Positions 60,466 through 64,000 of a DNA stretch of 64,000 nucleotides are shown here, piece after piece; the stretch's first letter is position 1; each line of letters starts with the position of its first letter. Origin of the DNA: Candidatus Eiseniibacteriota bacterium (GTDB lineage Bacteria; Eisenbacteria; RBG-16-71-46); the NCBI GenBank assembly GCA_963717935.1, contig CAVQXP010000004.1, positions 1,728,001 through 1,792,000 of the forward strand, given 5' to 3'. The notes beneath the pieces are model-generated. The model searched no databases, was not told the origin of the DNA, and saw nothing but the letters and a program-made list of their open reading frames with translations. A program made the translations under genes and the position numbers.

Positions 60466-62786
60466 ATGAACGCGTTCCTGCTCCTGTCCACCCTGAATCT
60501 CTCGCTGGGCGGGCTGGTCTTCCTGCTCGGCTTCCTCATCCTGCGCGAGAACCCCGGCCAGCGGCTTAACCGGGTGGTCGCCCTCATGCTCTTCTTCGGC
60601 GGGCTGGGGGCGGTCTTCGCGGCGCTCTCCTTCATGGCCTCCCGCGGTGGCACCACGGCGGCCCCGGCCACGCTGCGTGACCTGTCCTACATGTGGGAGC
60701 TGTTCTTCCCCACGCTCTTCCTGTTCGCGAGCATCTTCCCGGAGGAGCGCGCCTTCGTGCGCCGCCCGCTGCTCCGGATCGGGCGCCTGTGGAGCGTGAG
60801 ATTCACGCCGCTCATCTTCGTCCCCCACGCCTTCCACTTCCTCTTCGTGCTGGTGGCGTCGTCCTGGCGCCCGGATGTCCAGGCCGCGAGCCTCGGGCCG
60901 CTCCACTACCTGGGCGCGCTGGCCACGCTGCTCGGGCTCGTCGTCAAGCTCTTCCTCTACGTCCACCGGGCGTTGTTCTCGCTCGTGAACCTGGGCTTCG
61001 GGTTGGCCACCATGGCCCTGCTCTTCGATTCCTACCGGCGCGCGCGCGTGCCCCGGCTGCGCCAGCAGATCGGGGTGGTCGCGCTGGGGCTCTCCGCGAG
61101 CCTCGTGCTCTACAGCGCCGCCAGCTCGATCCCCACGCTGCTCGGGTTGCAGCTCGCGCGAGGACCTGCGCGCGAGCCTGACCTTCGCGGCGCTGACGCT
61201 GGGCCCGGGCTCGATCGCCTACGCGGTCGTGCGGCACAAGTTCCTGGACGCGAAGCTGCTGGCGCGCCGCGGCATCCTCTACGCGCTGTCGTCCGCGGCG
61301 CTCGTCGGGCTCTACCTGGCGGTGGCCGCGCGCGCTCACCCGGGCGCTGAGCGCTGCGGCGGGGACCGATGTGCGCGTCGTCGAGTCGGTGTTGCTGATC
61401 GTGGCGCTGGCGCTCTCGCAGCCGACGGTGGCGTGGCTCGAGACCATGCTCGACCGGGCGTTCCTCAAGGACCCGGCGGACTACCGCAACGTGCTGCGCC
61501 GCCTGGCCGGCGAGCTGCAGACCACCATCGACCTCGACGCTCTGCTCGGGCGCACCATCACCACGCTCACCGAGGCGATGCTGCTGCGCACGGGGCACGT
61601 CGTGGTGTTCGGGCGCGGCGCGCCCATCGCCCGCAGCGGCGCCGGAGCGCCGCTGGAGGGGGTCGCGCTCGAGCGGATCGCGCGGCTGCTGGGGGGCGTG
61701 CCCGCGGGTGAGGGCAGCTTCCGCGTCGCGGATCCGGTCGAGGGCCTCGAGCCCGGCGGACCGCGCGTTTCCTCGCGTCGCTGGGGATCTCGCTGGTGGT
61801 GCCGCTCCACTGGCACGAGGACCTGGTGGGGGCGCTGCTCCTGGGCGAGAAGCACACCGGGCACCCCGCTGACCTCCGAGGACGCCGCGCTCCTCGCGAC
61901 CGCTGGCCGGGCAGGTCTCGGTCTCCCTGCAGAACGCGCTCCTGCTGCGGGACCGGGTGGCCGTGGCGCGCTTCGAGGAGGAACTCAACCTGGCGCGGCA
62001 GATCCAGCGCAACTCGCTGCTCTCGGAGTTCCCGGTGCTGCCGCGCTGCGAGGTGCACGCTCTCACCCTGCCCTCGAAGCACGTGGGCGGGGACCTCTAC
62101 GACGTGGTGCAGGCCGGGGACGGCTCGTGGTTCGTCGCCATCGCCGACGTGTCGGGCAAGGGCGTGCCGGCCGCGCTGCTCTCCTCGATGCTCCAGGCCT
62201 CGCTGCGCACCCAGGCAGCGAGCGTCACCTCGCCGGCGCGAGATCCTGCGCAGCATCAATCGCCTCATGTACCGGAGCACCGCGATCCAGCAGTTCGCCA
62301 CCTTCTTCCTGGCCCGGGTGGACGGGGAACGGCTGGAGTTGTGGTTCTCGAACGCAGGGCACAACTGGCCGGTGCTGCTACGCTCCGGCGACGAGCGGCG
62401 CTTCTTCGAGCGCGGCGGACTGATCCTCGGGATCCAGGAGGGGGCCGAGTTCGAGGAGGAGCGCGTGAGCCTTTCGCCCGGGCGACCTGGTGGTGCTCTA
62501 CACCGACGGCATCAGCGAGGCGGCCGATGCCACCGGGGAGCAGTTCGGTGAGGAACGCCTCTACGCGGCCCTGTCCGCGATGCCCCGCACGCTGTCTGCG
62601 CGCGAGGTGGCCGAGCGCCTGCTCGGCACGCTGCACGACTTCCTCGACGGGACCGAACCGCAGGACGACATCACCCTGCTCGTCCTGAAGCTGCTCGAGC
62701 CGGCGGCTCGGCAACCCGGCGCGGGCCGCGGCGACGAGGCGGCCTCCGAACCGGTCGGTCCCGGGCCGGGCTCCCGGGGAGGCTGA
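60466..62786 (+). CDS. Membrane-bound SpoIIE/RsbU-like PP2C phosphatase with multi-TM sensor and GAF-like domain (many frameshifts)
   Basis: N-terminal TM bundle; VPL...LVGALLLGEK; EEELNLARQIQ, VGGDLYD, IADVSGKGVPAAL, FATFF, NAGH, LYTDG, QDDITL. Confidence 0.88.
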
Positions 62787-63014
62787 GGGAGCGCCCTGCA
62801 AGGTGGCGCGCCCCGCCCGTGCCGGATGCCCGTGGCCTCCCGGGCACGCGTGGTTGGGCGGGCCCGCGCCGGGCGTCCATGACATCCGCGCGGCTTGGGG
62901 CTATCGTGCCTTCCACGCAGGGTCGTCCGCGCGGCCGCCGCGCACCCCGGACGGGGCTCCACGGAGCCGTGCGGGTGGGATCGCGGGACGGGACCCGGCG
63001 AGGGAGGACATTCG

Positions 63015-64000
63015 ATGGGATCTTGGCCGATGACGAGACTGCTCCCGGGCGCGCTGCTGCTCGCGTGCCTCACCGTGGCGCCGCCGGCGCGCGGCGAGTC
63101 CGTGCCGCCGGGGCTCGAGGACCAGGTGCGCGAGCTCAAAGCGGCGAACGAGGACCTCAATCACCGCCTCGACGAGCTGGCGAAGGCGGTGGACGACGTG
63201 GCCTTCTTCGCCCGGCTCGGTGACGCGGCGGAGGTGGACAAGTGGCGCATCACCGGGCCGCCGCCCGTGAACGTGAAGAACCCGAAGGCCGCGGGAGCGA
63301 CGAACCCGGTCAAGTTCTACACCTACACGTTCTTCCCGAAGAACCGGAAGGCGGGCGAGAAGCTGCCGCTCCTGCTGCTGCCGCACGGGGGCGTGCACGC
63401 GGACTTCACCACCTACTACACGCACATCCTGAAGGAGTTGCTCGCGCAGGGCTATGCCGTCGTCGCGCCCGAGTACCGCGGCTCGACCGGCTACGGGAAG
63501 GGCTTCTACCAGCAGATCGACTACGGCGGACGCGAGGTGGACGACTGCCACGCGGCCGTGCAGTGGGCGCTCGAGAACTTCGACTTCCTGGACCGCGGCC
63601 GCGTGGGCCTCATCGGCTGGAGCCACGGTGGCCTCATCGTGCTGTTCGAGGCCTTCCAGCACCCGCGGGACTACAAGTGCGTCTTCGCCGGAGTCCCGGT
63701 CTCGGACCTGGTCCAGCGCATGGGCTACATGGATGACGAATACCGCGGCCTGTTCAGCGCGCCGTACCACATCGGCAGGACCGCCGAGCAGGACCTCGAC
63801 GAATACAAGAGACGCTCACCCGCGTGGCACGTGGAGAAGCTCGAGATCCCGTTGCGCATCCACACCAACACCAACGACGAGGACGTGCGCTACGTCGAGG
63901 TCCAGCACCTGATCGAGGCGCTGAAGGCCGCGGGGAAGCCGTTCGAGTACAAGGTCTTCCAGGACGCGCCGGGCGGGCACAGCATGGACCGCCTCGACAC
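63015..64000 (+). CDS. S9-family peptidase / alpha-beta hydrolase with signal peptide; 3' end outside window
   Basis: Manual translation: GGAGG RBS; LLLPHGGVH, APEYRGSTGYG, IGWSHGG (nucleophile Ser), NDEDV, GGHS. Confidence 0.88.
   Translation, partial: MGSWPMTRLLPGALLLACLTVAPPARGESVPPGLEDQVRELKAANEDLNHRLDELAKAVDDVAFFARLGDAAEVDKWRITGPPPVNVKNPKAAGATNPVKFYTYTFFPKNRKAGEKLPLLLLPHGGVHADFTTYYTHILKELLAQGYAVVAPEYRGSTGYGKGFYQQIDYGGREVDDCHAAVQWALENFDFLDRGRVGLIGWSHGGLIVLFEAFQHPRDYKCVFAGVPVSDLVQRMGYMDDEYRGLFSAPYHIGRTAEQDLDEYKRRSPAWHVEKLEIPLRIHTNTNDEDVRYVEVQHLIEALKAAGKPFEYKVFQDAPGGHSMDRLD

Noticed and set aside
1..64000. rRNA, tRNA, CRISPR arrays, prophage or defence genes
   Set aside because: None recognised by eye in intergenic regions or ORFs; a covariance search could still find small RNAs.

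Overview
Very GC-rich bacterial chromosome segment from a diderm organism. Gene content and protein style suggest an FCB-related candidate phylum such as Ca. Eisenbacteria (inference only). Layout: (1) 1-13 kb, envelope cluster with M23 and M6 peptidases, a GWxTD protein, NlpC/P60, a major outer-membrane protein, an IS3-family element and a beta-barrel plus two-lipoprotein operon. (2) 13.3-34.8 kb, a long + strand run: mreBCD-mrdA-rodA-lgt-aroE-comF-cbiMQO-rarA, then mrp-iscS-pdxST-DHH-ccmABCDEF. (3) 34.9-37.4 kb, a small protein-dinB-DUF72 cassette behind a promoter containing a LexA-like palindrome. (4) A secreted protein ending in TWGxxKxxYR, then fba/fbp, xdhC/mocA-like/LOG, thyX, transporters and two tandem OMPs with a long structured leader. 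(5) Acyl-CoA dehydrogenase, ggt, fused E1 alpha/beta, penicillin acylase, ROK, miaB, queF, a membrane PP2C phosphatase and an S9 peptidase. About 15 genes carry small indels that look like assembly errors. No rRNA, tRNA or CRISPR array was seen. Best leads: the putative SOS cassette, the TWGxxK C-terminal signal, the barrel plus two-lipoprotein operon and the atypical ECF metal transporter. All family assignments come from motif recognition by eye; no searches were run.
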